The notes below the pieces were generated by a model that searched no databases, was not told the origin of the DNA, and saw only the letters and a program-made list of their open reading frames with translations. Positions 11,695 through 21,478 of a DNA stretch of 64,000 nucleotides are shown piece after piece (within the stretch, counting starts at the first letter, position 1; the number at the start of each line of letters is the position of its first letter). The stretch lies in contig CAVQRT010000030.1 in the NCBI GenBank assembly GCA_963715195.1, forward strand, positions 64,001-128,000, read 5' to 3'. Source of the stretch: Thermodesulfovibrionales bacterium (GTDB taxonomy: Bacteria; Nitrospirota; Thermodesulfovibrionia; Thermodesulfovibrionales; SM23-35). Both the position numbers and the translations under genes were made by a program.

Positions 11695-13089
11695 TTAATT
11701 TAAAGATAAGTTTTTTTGTTGATAAGCGCACGCAGCCTGTATCATTCCCTGAGCCCATTCGGGTGTCCCAATGGCATGAACGTGAGTATATGTCGCAAGG
11801 ACATTCTGGTAGCGAAGCCCTTCCATTCCATTGGTTATTCCCTCTCCTTTCATCACAGTAAAAACAAAATCGTACTGATCAGTTGTGTCCATCGACCGTA
11901 TATAGGAATAATGAAATTCATGCCCGCGGAGCATTTGGCCATTTGCATAAAAAGGATTTGATCCCGTTACTTTAAGAAAAGTATATCCGTGTCCCCGGGG
12001 TTTTTTGCTCACACCTATTTCGGCAGGAAGGATATCAACCATTGGGTAGGTCTTTCCATCCCATACCAATTTTCTGGAGAGATACATAAGCCCTCCGCAT
12101 TCAGCATAGATCGGCAGTCCCTGTTCCGCAGCGTTCTTAATGTCATGCTTCAGTTTCACATTTTCCGCAAGAGAGAGAGCGTGAGTCTCGGGAAAACCGC
12201 CCCCTATGTAAAGTGCATCAAGGGAAGGAGGCAGGGTGTCTGTCAGTGCGCTGAATTCGAAGAGATCAGCCCCAGCCCTTTTCAAGGCATCTAAATTTTC
12301 CGGATAATAAAACTGAAAGGCTGCGTCGCGGATTATGCCGATGTTCACTTTTTTCCCCGCACGTTCGGCCCTATCAGGAGTGGTACAATCCAATGGCGGT
12401 GCGTTCTGTGCAATCTTCCATATCTGTTCTGTATCCATATACTTCCGCATGATTTCAGAAGCACTTCGAAGAGCTTCTTCAGATTCCGGGTGTTCTTGCG
12501 GTGGCACCAATCCGAGATGCCTGCCCGGGAATTTTATATTTTTCAGTTTCGGTATCGCACCGACAACCGGAACATTGCAGTAATATTCGACACTCTTCCG
12601 GACAGTCGACTCGTGGCGGGCACCCGCCAGTTTGTTGAGGATCACCCCTTTGATGGAGACTTCCGGGTCCATGGTCTGACATCCCATCACCAGAGCAGCC
12701 ACGGTCCGTGTAACCTTTGTGCAATCGACAACAAGGACGACAGGAGACTTGAGGAGTTTCGCTATTTCAGCGGTGCTGACATTCCCTTCCACATCCATTC
12801 CGTCATAGAGCCCCCGGTTCCCTTCGATAACAGAGATATCCGTGGTTCTGCTATTCATACAGAAAGAGGAAAGCACCTGATCTTTATTCATAAGGAAAAG
12901 GTCTACGTTATAACAGGAGTGGAATGCCCCCCGGCTAAGCCATTCCATATCGATATAATCGGGGCCTTTCTTGAAGGGAGCTACTCTGTAGCCCTTCTCG
13001 TGCCAGAGGCGGCACAATCCGACACTGATGGCAGTTTTGCCGGTATCGCCGCCAAGGCCCGCAATTGTGAGCCTTGGGCAAAAAATCAT
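11695..13089 (-). CDS. dsrN: Cobyrinate a,c-diamide synthase-like siroheme amidase DsrN
   Basis: GKT, FKKGPDYID, EGNRGLYDG, AECGG.MYL and GHEFHYS motifs; lies within the dsr locus. Confidence 0.85.
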   Translation of the reverse strand: MIFCPRLTIAGLGGDTGKTAISVGLCRLWHEKGYRVAPFKKGPDYIDMEWLSRGAFHSCYNVDLFLMNKDQVLSSFCMNSRTTDISVIEGNRGLYDGMDVEGNVSTAEIAKLLKSPVVLVVDCTKVTRTVAALVMGCQTMDPEVSIKGVILNKLAGARHESTVRKSVEYYCNVPVVGAIPKLKNIKFPGRHLGLVPPQEHPESEEALRSASEIMRKYMDTEQIWKIAQNAPPLDCTTPDRAERAGKKVNIGIIRDAAFQFYYPENLDALKRAGADLFEFSALTDTLPPSLDALYIGGGFPETHALSLAENVKLKHDIKNAAEQGLPIYAECGGLMYLSRKLVWDGKTYPMVDILPAEIGVSKKPRGHGYTFLKVTGSNPFYANGQMLRGHEFHYSYIRSMDTTDQYDFVFTVMKGEGITNGMEGLRYQNVLATYTHVHAIGTPEWAQGMIQAACAYQQKNLSLN

Positions 13090-13322
13090 TTTCTGCCGGG
13101 AATTTCAAGAGTAGCGCACGAACCGCTGCTGCAGCTCTTCACCGTCGTTTTGGTTCCGCTGCCACGGACAGAGGCGCCGATATTAATCGTGCTGAGAACC
13201 CGTTCTATTTCAGGGGAACCACACTTCGGGCACTTCATCTTCACGCCATCGTCTTCTTTTTTCAGCTTTAGAAGCTCAAAAACCTTCCCGCACTTAAGGC
13301 ATCGAAATTCGTAAATAGGCAT
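13086..13322 (-). CDS. FmdB-family zinc-ribbon protein
   Basis: MPIYEFRCLKCG...CPKCGS, with C-terminal CSSGSC. Confidence 0.88.
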   Translation of the reverse strand: MPIYEFRCLKCGKVFELLKLKKEDDGVKMKCPKCGSPEIERVLSTINIGASVRGSGTKTTVKSCSSGSCATLEIPGRK

Positions 13323-13447
13323 CGCAGACTCCTTTCTGTATTTAAAAAATAGGGTGCTTGAGGGCTATTTCTACAATAAATATGCCATTCCTGAAAAGTC
13401 AAGGAACCTTTCCCATGGGTGAATAGTCAGGTCAAATTCCATCAATT

Positions 13448-13525
13448 TGTCATTCACGCAAGCGAAGCGCGTCGGGAATCCTTCTTAGAAGCCATCGGAA
13501 AAATTCCTGCCAAGCTGCAATGGCA
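13448..13525 (+). repeat. Degenerate copy of bipartite REP-like palindrome (family A)
   Basis: TGTCATTC...CGGGAATCC left arm and ATTCCTGCCAAGCTGCAATGGCA right arm; resembles the copies at 21303, 26633 and 28941. Confidence 0.65.
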
Positions 13526-13684
13526 TAAAATATCTTGCAACGGAGAGACCGTTTTCCAACAATGAATTAGCCGTACTAATAATATAAACCTGATTGATAA
13601 CCAGACCAACCGCTATTTCCTCAATTCTAGCAAGAAAGCTATAATACATATATAGCAATAAAGAAAATTATCAAAGGAGTCCTT

Positions 13685-14758
13685 ATGGCCACAGTACCCG
13701 AAGAACCCCGCTGTCCTTTCTGTTACTCTCCGATCGAGCCACCGAGGGAATTGCTCCAGAGAAAAGTTGTAGAATTCCCGATCGGTGCCTGCTCGTATTG
13801 TGGTGCTGTATATGCATATGACACAACAGGACATAACATGGGAGCCGCCTTTATTGAAGCTCTCCTTTTCGCCTGTAATGAGGATGACTATTTGGCATTT
13901 TCACTCTCCCACGGCACTGATTATACCGATGCTGTGATTGGAAACTATGATATTGTCACCCACACGGTTACACCGGACAGGGTATACCACGACCGGTATG
14001 TGCGGGGTGCCCTTGTGTTTGTAAAGCTTTTTGACCAGTTCCATGAGGCAACCAAGGATAAGGTAAAGGAAAAACTCAAATACACGACACCCATTCATAA
14101 AACGAAATTGCGCTCGGACAATTTCTCGAAGGAAAAAGTGAGGAAATATGTTTCAGGGAATAATCTTCAGGACCTTATCGCACTCGCTGATGAAGATTCG
14201 CGGGTGATCAATGAACTGCAACGCATGCTCTATACCCCTGATGAACACGCACGGTGGAATATCATTGAGATGCTCGGTGAGGTAAGCAGGAGCGTTGCTG
14301 AAAAGCGTCCTGATCTCGTCAGTAAATTAATAACCAATCTCCTTCAGAGTGCAGCATATCCCGGGGCATCAGCGTGGGGTGCACTTGAGGCAATTGGTAC
14401 TATCATCAGCACAAATCCCCGGCTTTTCAAGGATTTCACACAACCGCTTCTCTCTTTTATGGCCCAGCAGAACTTGTGGAGGGAGGTAACCTGGGCTGTC
14501 GGCAAGATAGCATCTGCAGACCCTGCCGTCGCCAAGTGCGCATTCCGCGCTCTCGCTGATTTCCTGAACAATCCCGATCCCGTGCTCCGTGGCTATGCAG
14601 CATGGGCTCTCGGCAGTATCGGGTTCAGCGACGTCACCCAAAAATTGAAAGACCTCGAGACGGATGACAATAAACTCTCCCTGTGGAGAGACGGTGCCAT
14701 GCAGGAAGTGACTGTCGGTCAGCTCGCGGAAGAGGCTGTCCGGAAAATTTCCGGGTGA
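13685..14758 (+). CDS. Zn-finger plus HEAT/PBS-lyase repeat protein (DVU0298-like)
   Basis: N-terminal CPFC...CSYCG; C-terminal HEAT-like repeats (RGYAAWALG); AAGGAG SD. Confidence 0.7.
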   Translation: MATVPEEPRCPFCYSPIEPPRELLQRKVVEFPIGACSYCGAVYAYDTTGHNMGAAFIEALLFACNEDDYLAFSLSHGTDYTDAVIGNYDIVTHTVTPDRVYHDRYVRGALVFVKLFDQFHEATKDKVKEKLKYTTPIHKTKLRSDNFSKEKVRKYVSGNNLQDLIALADEDSRVINELQRMLYTPDEHARWNIIEMLGEVSRSVAEKRPDLVSKLITNLLQSAAYPGASAWGALEAIGTIISTNPRLFKDFTQPLLSFMAQQNLWREVTWAVGKIASADPAVAKCAFRALADFLNNPDPVLRGYAAWALGSIGFSDVTQKLKDLETDDNKLSLWRDGAMQEVTVGQLAEEAVRKISG

Positions 14759-15981
14759 AGAGACCCTCGATACATTACCTTGTCGCATCTCCCGCTGGCG
14801 ACATCCCTGTTGATACCAGCAGGCTCGATTATCCCCTTGAAGGTGACCCGCTGCAAACTCCTTACCGAATTTATTTTCAGGCAATATCCGATTTTCTCTC
14901 AAGGGAACATTTCCAGCCGCTGCTTAAGGCAGTCAACGAGCACCTTGGGACTGATTTCGATCTCGGTGCACTCAATGAAATTATTGTCCGCACAGAAAAA
15001 CATGGAGCACTCTATCATCCTGCAAGCATCGAGTGTATGCTGAGGGATGGAAGGGCAAAATTCGGTCTTCATGTGGCAATGACTGATATCGGAAGGGATT
15101 GCTTAATAAAAGAATTCGCTCTCCTAAAAACGCTGCATGCCCGCTTCAGTTTCTCGCATATCCCTATGCCATATCATGCGGCCGAACTGCATTCAATGGT
15201 ATTCCTACTCGAAGAGTGGTTTGAAGACTATCATGAATTTCATATCGCAAAAACAGAAAACGGTAAACAACAGATGAAACTTTGGGAATATGGCAAAGGA
15301 GATCGGGTTCTCTCGTCTGAACAGGGCTTTGAGATTTACCGGCAGGCAGCACAGATCCTCACGCTGTATTATGATCTGAATGATTTTCACTTGATTTATC
15401 CATGGCATCATGCTGCGGGGGATTTTGTGGTAAGAATTGGGAAAGACAGTAATCCCCCCCAACCCCCCTTTAGAAAAGGGGGGAATACCAGGAATGTTTT
15501 AGATGATGATAAAAATCAAAACATTCCCCCTTTAGGAAAGGGGGATAGAGGGGGATTTCTAGACAAAATAGACGTGAAGCTCACTACAGTAAGGGGCTAT
15601 GAACCTTTTCTAAGAATCGCGGAAGACGACATGATTTCTCCCGTACTTGCACTCTTTTACTTTCTCCTGCACCTTTCGATACAGATGCGTCTTGACAAAC
15701 TTGATGGTGTCGGTGAAGTTGCGTGGGCGGATGATTTGTGCGTTGATGCTACCCTAACCGGTTTCCTGGAGGGACTCAAAAGAAAAAACGATTTCAGGGA
15801 ATGTTGCGGCTCGGTAAGGTCTTTTCTGATGCTCCTGAAATCATTTACGAAAGAGGATCTTAGAAAAACAGCCGCTCCGATCGCAGAACAGTTTGAACAA
15901 ACAAAAGACTACAGGATAATCCAGGAACACTTCGAAGAACACGTTGAAAGACTGTATCTTACGCTTCAAAATTTCCCCTGA
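14755..15981 (+). CDS. Hypothetical protein carrying an in-frame palindromic insertion
   Basis: Long ORF whose GTG start overlaps the upstream TGA; contains EKHGALYHPA and PWHHAAGDFVV. Confidence 0.7.
   Translation: MKRPSIHYLVASPAGDIPVDTSRLDYPLEGDPLQTPYRIYFQAISDFLSREHFQPLLKAVNEHLGTDFDLGALNEIIVRTEKHGALYHPASIECMLRDGRAKFGLHVAMTDIGRDCLIKEFALLKTLHARFSFSHIPMPYHAAELHSMVFLLEEWFEDYHEFHIAKTENGKQQMKLWEYGKGDRVLSSEQGFEIYRQAAQILTLYYDLNDFHLIYPWHHAAGDFVVRIGKDSNPPQPPFRKGGNTRNVLDDDKNQNIPPLGKGDRGGFLDKIDVKLTTVRGYEPFLRIAEDDMISPVLALFYFLLHLSIQMRLDKLDGVGEVAWADDLCVDATLTGFLEGLKRKNDFRECCGSVRSFLMLLKSFTKEDLRKTAAPIAEQFEQTKDYRIIQEHFEEHVERLYLTLQNFP
15451..15558. repeat. 108-nt palindromic element (family B) inside a CDS
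   Basis: AATCCCCCCCAACCCCCCTTTAGAAAAGGGGGG...ATTCCCCCTTTAGGAAAGGGGGATAGAGGGGGATT: two hairpins plus terminal inverted repeats. Confidence 0.8.
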
Positions 15982-16606
15982 TGATATCCTCAAAGGACAT
16001 CCTCACTACCCGCGCGAGAGGGAGCATGAGCGTCGCTTTTGCAGCAGGGTTGAGGTATCCTGCCTCTGCAAATAGCTCTTTAGAAAGCTTGACGAGTTCA
16101 TGGTAAATGCTATCGAGCTTTACCGTTGGATATGTTGCTTTCTCCTCAAAACCTGAGAGATTGCATACGTATGAACGCTCTTTTTTGTCCTGATTCAAGC
16201 TGTAAGGGACTCCATAGACACGGCAGATAATGGGGCGGCTTTCGTAGAAGGCACACTCTTCTTTTTCAGAAAGGAACGGGCATCTCACCCGTTGTTTGCC
16301 AAGACCGTATACTTTCATATCCGGTTTGTCATCAAAGACTTTCAGGGTATCCTTGGCCCTGAGTACTTCTTCCTCTGCTTTCTCTGCCCTTCTGAGAATG
16401 TCGCGCCGGACTTTTCTCTCAAGCCTGTTGAAATGATAATTGATAAACGCCGCTTCTACTGGCAGGACGCCGAAGACAGCATGGCAGCAATCGCAGCAGC
16501 GGATTCTGCATCGCACACTGTCCGGATATTTTTCCCGGATGGTTTTAAAGAGGACATCTGCCTTCCGTGCATAAATCGAATACCTCGAAAAAAGCTCTTC
16601 TATCAT
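15959..16606 (-). CDS. YkgJ-family (CxxxCxxCC) cysteine cluster protein
   Basis: CRIRCCDCC and CPFL...C.FYESRPIICRVYG motifs. Confidence 0.88.
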   Translation of the reverse strand: MIEELFSRYSIYARKADVLFKTIREKYPDSVRCRIRCCDCCHAVFGVLPVEAAFINYHFNRLERKVRRDILRRAEKAEEEVLRAKDTLKVFDDKPDMKVYGLGKQRVRCPFLSEKEECAFYESRPIICRVYGVPYSLNQDKKERSYVCNLSGFEEKATYPTVKLDSIYHELVKLSKELFAEAGYLNPAAKATLMLPLARVVRMSFEDIIRGNFEA

Positions 16607-17313
16607 TCTGCTTTTTTAGCCGACGCTCCTTTTGAGGTTTTCCTCTTTGCTGACATTGTCGCTTTTTTCCGGCGGGTCTGGCTTTTCCCTTTTTCCCGGT
16701 ATGGGTCAAGCAGTTTCAGGAAATCCGGATGGACCTCAAAGCCCAAAGCTAAGGCTTTATCAGAATGCTCAATCGCCTTTTCAAACTCCCCCGTATAGTA
16801 ATAGGCATTCGCAAGGTTGTTATGCCCGAGGGCAAAATCGGCAGCTTTTTCAAGCATTTTTGTATTGACTTCGATGCTCTTCGCTATGTCCCCCTTCTGG
16901 AGATACGCATTGGCAAGATTGCATTCTGCCTGAACAATGTCCGGATTTAATTCCAGAGCCTTTTGCAGAGCCTCTATCGCTTCGTCAGTCTTTCCCATTT
17001 GAAGGTAAGCGAACCCAAGATTGGAATACCCCCGCGCATAGCGGGGTTCTATATCCACAGCCCGGAGATTTGCCTTCACAACTTTTTCGAGGTCCCCTTC
17101 CTTAAAATAAATATATCCAAGGTTAACAAAGGCCTCGAACATCCTGACGCCGGTCTCAATCGACTCTTCAAAAGCATCAATCGCCTTGTCAAATTTCCCC
17201 TGCTGCATAAAGGCGACACCCAGGTTGTAAAAGGAAGAAGCACATTCCGGGTTCTGAGCAAGAAGGAGCTTCTGTTCAGCTATAAACTCTTCAATGTTTT
17301 TTAAATCTTTCAT
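16603..17313 (-). CDS. Tetratricopeptide repeat protein
   Basis: Repeated YNLG/NLG/NLA TPR motifs and a basic tail. Confidence 0.9.
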   Translation of the reverse strand: MKDLKNIEEFIAEQKLLLAQNPECASSFYNLGVAFMQQGKFDKAIDAFEESIETGVRMFEAFVNLGYIYFKEGDLEKVVKANLRAVDIEPRYARGYSNLGFAYLQMGKTDEAIEALQKALELNPDIVQAECNLANAYLQKGDIAKSIEVNTKMLEKAADFALGHNNLANAYYYTGEFEKAIEHSDKALALGFEVHPDFLKLLDPYREKGKSQTRRKKATMSAKRKTSKGASAKKAE

Positions 17314-17324
17314 ATCATTTTTTC

Positions 17325-17365
17325 AAAAGAAGAAGCACGGGCGGTCTTTGAAAACTACCCGTGCC
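17325..17365 (-). terminator. Terminator after dsrABD
   Basis: Minus strand GCACGGGTAG-loop-CCGCCCGTGC followed by TTCTTCTTTT. Confidence 0.75.
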
Positions 17366-17401
17366 TTTTTATTGCAATGAACTGCTTTGTTATATTATTT
17401 T

Positions 17402-17659
17402 TTAGCCTCCGGTATCACCGGACTGTTCAACAGAGATGCCCCTCCCCTTTACTCCGTACATCGTTGAGCTCCCGGTTGAAAAGTACTCCATGACCCCTTC
17501 TGCTACAAGCTTGGAAGCAACACTCTTGACCTCAGAGGCTCCGGCATCAGGCACTACTTTTTTGACACCGGCAAGCATGTCCTTAAAATAGAACTTTGTT
17601 TTTGCTCCCTTTGAGCCGTAATCAAGAATTGCCTGCTTTATATCGTCTTCTCTGCTCAT
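17402..17659 (-). CDS. dsrD: DsrD
   Basis: KTKFYFKD...LV.EG..EYFSTGSSTMYG signature; directly follows dsrB. Confidence 0.93.
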   Translation of the reverse strand: MSREDDIKQAILDYGSKGAKTKFYFKDMLAGVKKVVPDAGASEVKSVASKLVAEGVMEYFSTGSSTMYGVKGRGISVEQSGDTGG

Positions 17660-17683
17660 AGTTGATTCTCCTTAATTATTTTA

Positions 17684-18862
17684 TTACATACCTCCGGCAG
17701 CCTTGGATACAGCCCATGCATGCTCCGTATACTTGAACTGTGTTGAGGTCCTGAACGTATCGTAGGCAAGACGGTAATCATCGAGTAAATGCCATGAGAA
17801 TTCCAGCCCACATTTTTCGAAGAACCTTTCCCAGCCGATACGCTCGGCCCAGTCACCGAGCCTCTCATATTTTTTCGCGTCTTTGGCGTAAGCCTCGACG
17901 ATCTGTTGAACCGTTTTAACCACGGTTGGCCAGCGAGGCATCTCATTCGGCAACCACGGCACAACTACCTTCGAGAATTTCGGCTGACTGAGTCTGTTCG
18001 AAATCTTTCCACCAGCCAGGATTGCCACGCCGTCTCCTTCCTTGTCTGCTAAAGGCAGACCCATGCACATGGTGTAACAGTTTCCGCAATACATACACTT
18101 TTCTACGTTAACCGATACACTCTTCTTCCCATCTTCGGTAGTAATCGGCTTAATAGCATATAACGGGCACGCGGCAACAACCAGTGGAATCTCACATGCC
18201 TTGCCGACAGCATCATTATCGATTGCGGGTGGCTTGCGGTGATAGCCGAGGAGGGCGATATCTGAACAGTGCACAGCGCCGCACATATTCAGACAGCATG
18301 CCATCGAAACCCTCAGTTTTGCAGGCATCCTCATCGTCTTGAAATCGTCGAATAAAGCGTCTGCAACAGCCTTAACGAGCCCGGATGCATCGGTAGCAGG
18401 GGTGTGGCAGTGAAGCCAGCCCTGGGTATGCACGATATTCGTAATTGAATTGCCCGTACCGCCGGTTGGAAACTTAAAAGATCCAGCGATAAATTTCCTG
18501 CTGTCCAGATCTTTTTTCAAGGCTCTCGCAGTATCTTCTTTGTCTGTTATAAACTCAACGTTATTCCTCGTCGTCCATCTCAAATATCCATTACAATACT
18601 TGTCTGCGATATCACAGAGCTCACGAATATGCTCGACAGACATGATGCGCGCACCACCACACCTCACCGTGTATGCTTTATCGCCTGTTTCAGAGACGTG
18701 CATCAGTAACCCTGGTTCCAGGACCCTGTGTGATGCCCAGTTGCCATAATTCTTCCTCAGAACAGGCGGCAAGAACTGCCCGTAGTGTGAAGGCCCTATA
18801 TCGGTAATCCTGCCTTCCTGCTTCTTTTCTGGATTATAATAGCCAAGTCTACCTTTCGACAT
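17684..18862 (-). CDS. dsrB: Dissimilatory sulfite reductase beta subunit
   Basis: [35 protein letters not shown] and [11 protein letters not shown] motifs. Confidence 0.98.
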   Translation of the reverse strand: MSKGRLGYYNPEKKQEGRITDIGPSHYGQFLPPVLRKNYGNWASHRVLEPGLLMHVSETGDKAYTVRCGGARIMSVEHIRELCDIADKYCNGYLRWTTRNNVEFITDKEDTARALKKDLDSRKFIAGSFKFPTGGTGNSITNIVHTQGWLHCHTPATDASGLVKAVADALFDDFKTMRMPAKLRVSMACCLNMCGAVHCSDIALLGYHRKPPAIDNDAVGKACEIPLVVAACPLYAIKPITTEDGKKSVSVNVEKCMYCGNCYTMCMGLPLADKEGDGVAILAGGKISNRLSQPKFSKVVVPWLPNEMPRWPTVVKTVQQIVEAYAKDAKKYERLGDWAERIGWERFFEKCGLEFSWHLLDDYRLAYDTFRTSTQFKYTEHAWAVSKAAGGM

Positions 18863-18903
18863 GATATACCTCCTTTTTTATTTTCTCAAATATAGCAAAC
18901 TTT

Positions 18904-20340
18904 TTATTTTGGATGTCTGCTTCTGTAATCGTCAATATTCCTTGCCCAACCGCCTGGAACCTCTGATTCCTTGAAGAAGACGTAAGGATTAGACCGGGGT
19001 TCTTTCACCATCTGCGGCATTGCCGGAATCCCGAGCACTTCGATGAGTGTCTTCAAACCCATGCGCTGAATCAGTTCACCGAGACGCTCACGGTTCTTGC
19101 CTTCTTCTATCCACCAGTCATGGACCTTCCTGGCCAATGCCTGTTGGCTCTCAAACGGGTGTTTTGCGTACATGAAAGGAACGGTCAGAACTGACATCTG
19201 TGCGCCCTCCAAAATAGGCGCCTTTGCTCCAAGGAGGATGCTCACGCCTGAATCTTTTCCGACTCTCAATGCTTCCGGCATGGCATTGATGCAATGCATG
19301 CAACGGGTACATTCAGCGTTGTTGATCGAAAGTTTCTTCCCGTCCCATGTCATGCAACCGGTAGGGCAGAGGTCGATAATTTCTGACTTTATATCAAATG
19401 GCCCCCAGTTTGCGCCTGTCATACCGCCGCCATCACGGGGAATCTTGTCGGCTACATAGGCTTGGACAGCTTCCTGATTGATCCGGATATCGTCCTTCCA
19501 GGTGCCGATGAAAGCCATATCTGACCGGGCGATTGATGCAACGCAGCAATTCGAACACCCGTCAAACTTAAACTTAAATTTATACGGGAAAGCCGGCCTA
19601 TGTAATTCATCCTGGAAAGCCATGGTCATTTCATAACACATGGAAAGGGTATCGTAACACGCAAATTCACACCGTGCCGGACCGATACAGTCAGAAGGAG
19701 TCCGGAGGTTCGAACCAGAACCGCCGATATCATTTCCCAGATCATGTGTCAGGTCGAAAAATATCGGTTCCAACTGTTCTGTAGTAGTACCAAGCATGAC
19801 CATGTCACCGGTTGAACCATGCATATTTGTAATACCGCTCCCCCGGTATTCACAGATATCACAGAAGGCCCTCATATAATCAGTTGAATAGAATTTTGCA
19901 CTGGGTTGGTTGACTCTGACGGTATGAAAATGTGCGACAGAAGGAAACATCTGCTGCTGGTCGCAATAACGGCCGATAACTCCTCCACCGTAACCGAGGA
20001 CTCCAACAATCCCTCCATGTTTCCAGTGTGTCTCACCTTCCTTATAAGAAAGCTCAACCACACCTAACAAATCTTCTACAGCATCTGCTGGAATCAACAG
20101 GTTATCTTGTCCCAGCTTTTTTCTATGGAGAGCCTCTCTTTTGAGGTCACTGACAAAACTGGGCCACGGGCCTTTTTCCAGTTCATCTAACATTGGGGTA
20201 GCATGTTTTGGTTTGAAGGCTTTCAACTCATCTTCTGTGTAATTCTTTAAGTCCTTATCAGTGAAAATCCTCACATCATCATACTTTCTATGCTCTTTCT
20301 CTTCTTTATCCCACAGTTTCTCTTTTCCTGGGATTCCCAT
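18904..20340 (-). CDS. dsrA: Dissimilatory sulfite reductase alpha subunit
   Basis: THWKHGGIVGV.GYGGGVIGRY, FPYKFKFKFDGC.NCC and CTRCMHCIN motifs. Confidence 0.98.
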   Translation of the reverse strand: MGIPGKEKLWDKEEKEHRKYDDVRIFTDKDLKNYTEDELKAFKPKHATPMLDELEKGPWPSFVSDLKREALHRKKLGQDNLLIPADAVEDLLGVVELSYKEGETHWKHGGIVGVLGYGGGVIGRYCDQQQMFPSVAHFHTVRVNQPSAKFYSTDYMRAFCDICEYRGSGITNMHGSTGDMVMLGTTTEQLEPIFFDLTHDLGNDIGGSGSNLRTPSDCIGPARCEFACYDTLSMCYEMTMAFQDELHRPAFPYKFKFKFDGCSNCCVASIARSDMAFIGTWKDDIRINQEAVQAYVADKIPRDGGGMTGANWGPFDIKSEIIDLCPTGCMTWDGKKLSINNAECTRCMHCINAMPEALRVGKDSGVSILLGAKAPILEGAQMSVLTVPFMYAKHPFESQQALARKVHDWWIEEGKNRERLGELIQRMGLKTLIEVLGIPAMPQMVKEPRSNPYVFFKESEVPGGWARNIDDYRSRHPK

Positions 20341-20495
20341 GTTATACCTCCTTCTAACGAGTTTTTAGTAAGATGCAGGCAAATAAAAGCAGAAATTTCG
20401 AGTTACTCTTCACCCCCTTCCTAACAGGGATATTTTTAGACATTTTTAGACGGAAATATGCCTCTTATTTTTTTTAAGACTTAAGAAGGTTGTTA

Positions 20496-20524
20496 ATGAT
20501 AATGAACTATTTGCTTTTTGTCAA
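20496..20524 (-). promoter_or_regulatory. Sigma70 promoter of dsrABD
   Basis: TTGACA-N17-TATCAT about 150 nt upstream of the dsrA ATG. Confidence 0.75.
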
Positions 20525-20600
20525 GTAAGGATTATTTATACAAAGATTAATTGCAATTAGACCACTCTGGAGAAAAATTTAAGCAAAAAGTAAATTTTAT

Positions 20601-21263
20601 TTACCTCGCAGTTTTTATCTTAATGAGAGCCTCTTCAGCCCAATTTCCGAGGGGCTTTTCGAAAAAATTTTCTCCAATGTAAATCTTAACTGGCTCGGTA
20701 CGGACACGCAATTTTTCAAGGGAAGGTACAGCGATAGCAAATCCTGCCTCTCCCATAGCCCATGCAGCAGTTCCAAGAACATCAACGTCGTCGCCGGTAA
20801 AAACCTCAAGTATCTCATCTTTGAAAGCCTTCAAGGACCCACCTATCAAGACTCCCAGTCTCCCGATGCCCCATAAGCAACCCTTCAGCAGGGGGGGTTC
20901 ATCAATGCAGTGGGCAACCATCATGCTTCCGTAAGGGGCAATCAACACCGGATTAATTGCGATAATCTCCGCGATAGTCTGTGCGGAACTCCACCCGATT
21001 CCCCCGGATTCATCGTTCAGGGACCAAAAAAGGGTCCTGATATAGATCCGGACCTTTTCCTCGTTCCCGGCATCCCACCACTGCTTCATGAGTTTCGCAA
21101 CAGTCTCGATTGCTGACCACCGCAGCACCTCATCCAGATCATACAGTCGGTAGCGAACCTCCTGCCAGTAATGCCTGTGTGTTTCACACAGTTCAAGGAG
21201 TCTCTGAAAGTCTCTTTTTCGCAGGAGATTCTCGACCTCACGCTTTATGATTGACTTGTGCAT
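20601..21263 (-). CDS. DVU0298-like HEAT-repeat protein
   Basis: LFWSLNDESGGIGW motif and HEAT-like helices; similar to the C-terminal half of 13685..14758. Confidence 0.75.
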   Translation of the reverse strand: MHKSIIKREVENLLRKRDFQRLLELCETHRHYWQEVRYRLYDLDEVLRWSAIETVAKLMKQWWDAGNEEKVRIYIRTLFWSLNDESGGIGWSSAQTIAEIIAINPVLIAPYGSMMVAHCIDEPPLLKGCLWGIGRLGVLIGGSLKAFKDEILEVFTGDDVDVLGTAAWAMGEAGFAIAVPSLEKLRVRTEPVKIYIGENFFEKPLGNWAEEALIKIKTAR

Positions 21264-21302
21264 AGTGAATTCTGCCCCAATTGTCAAATATTGTTCCTAC
21301 AT

Positions 21303-21400
21303 TGTCATGCCCGCTTGGCGGGAATCCTTCTGATTCCCCCTTCGATAGGGGTATAAGGGGGTTATTTCATAGGAAAGATTCCGGCCAAGCCGGAATGACA
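21303..21400 (+). repeat. REP-like family A copy with a family-B half element in its spacer
   Basis: TGTCATGCCCGCTTGGCGGGAATCC...AAAGATTCCGGCCAAGCCGGAATGACA; the spacer holds ATTCCCCCTTCGATAGGGGTATAAGGGGGTTATTT. Confidence 0.85.
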
Positions 21401-21478
21401 GGTTCAACGAAATATGACAGAAAAGCCGTATTTTCTGCTTACATTTCCATTACGCAAAGTGCTATACTTTTCGAGTTT

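Noticed and set aside
7342..13314. Long antisense ORFs (7342..8238 and 12490..13314)
   Set aside because: They are shadow frames of dsrJ/dsrK and dsrN with no recognisable motifs.
21281..21478. N-terminal extension of BamA
   Set aside because: It reads through a repeat element and a likely promoter (TGCTATACT); the signal peptide begins later.
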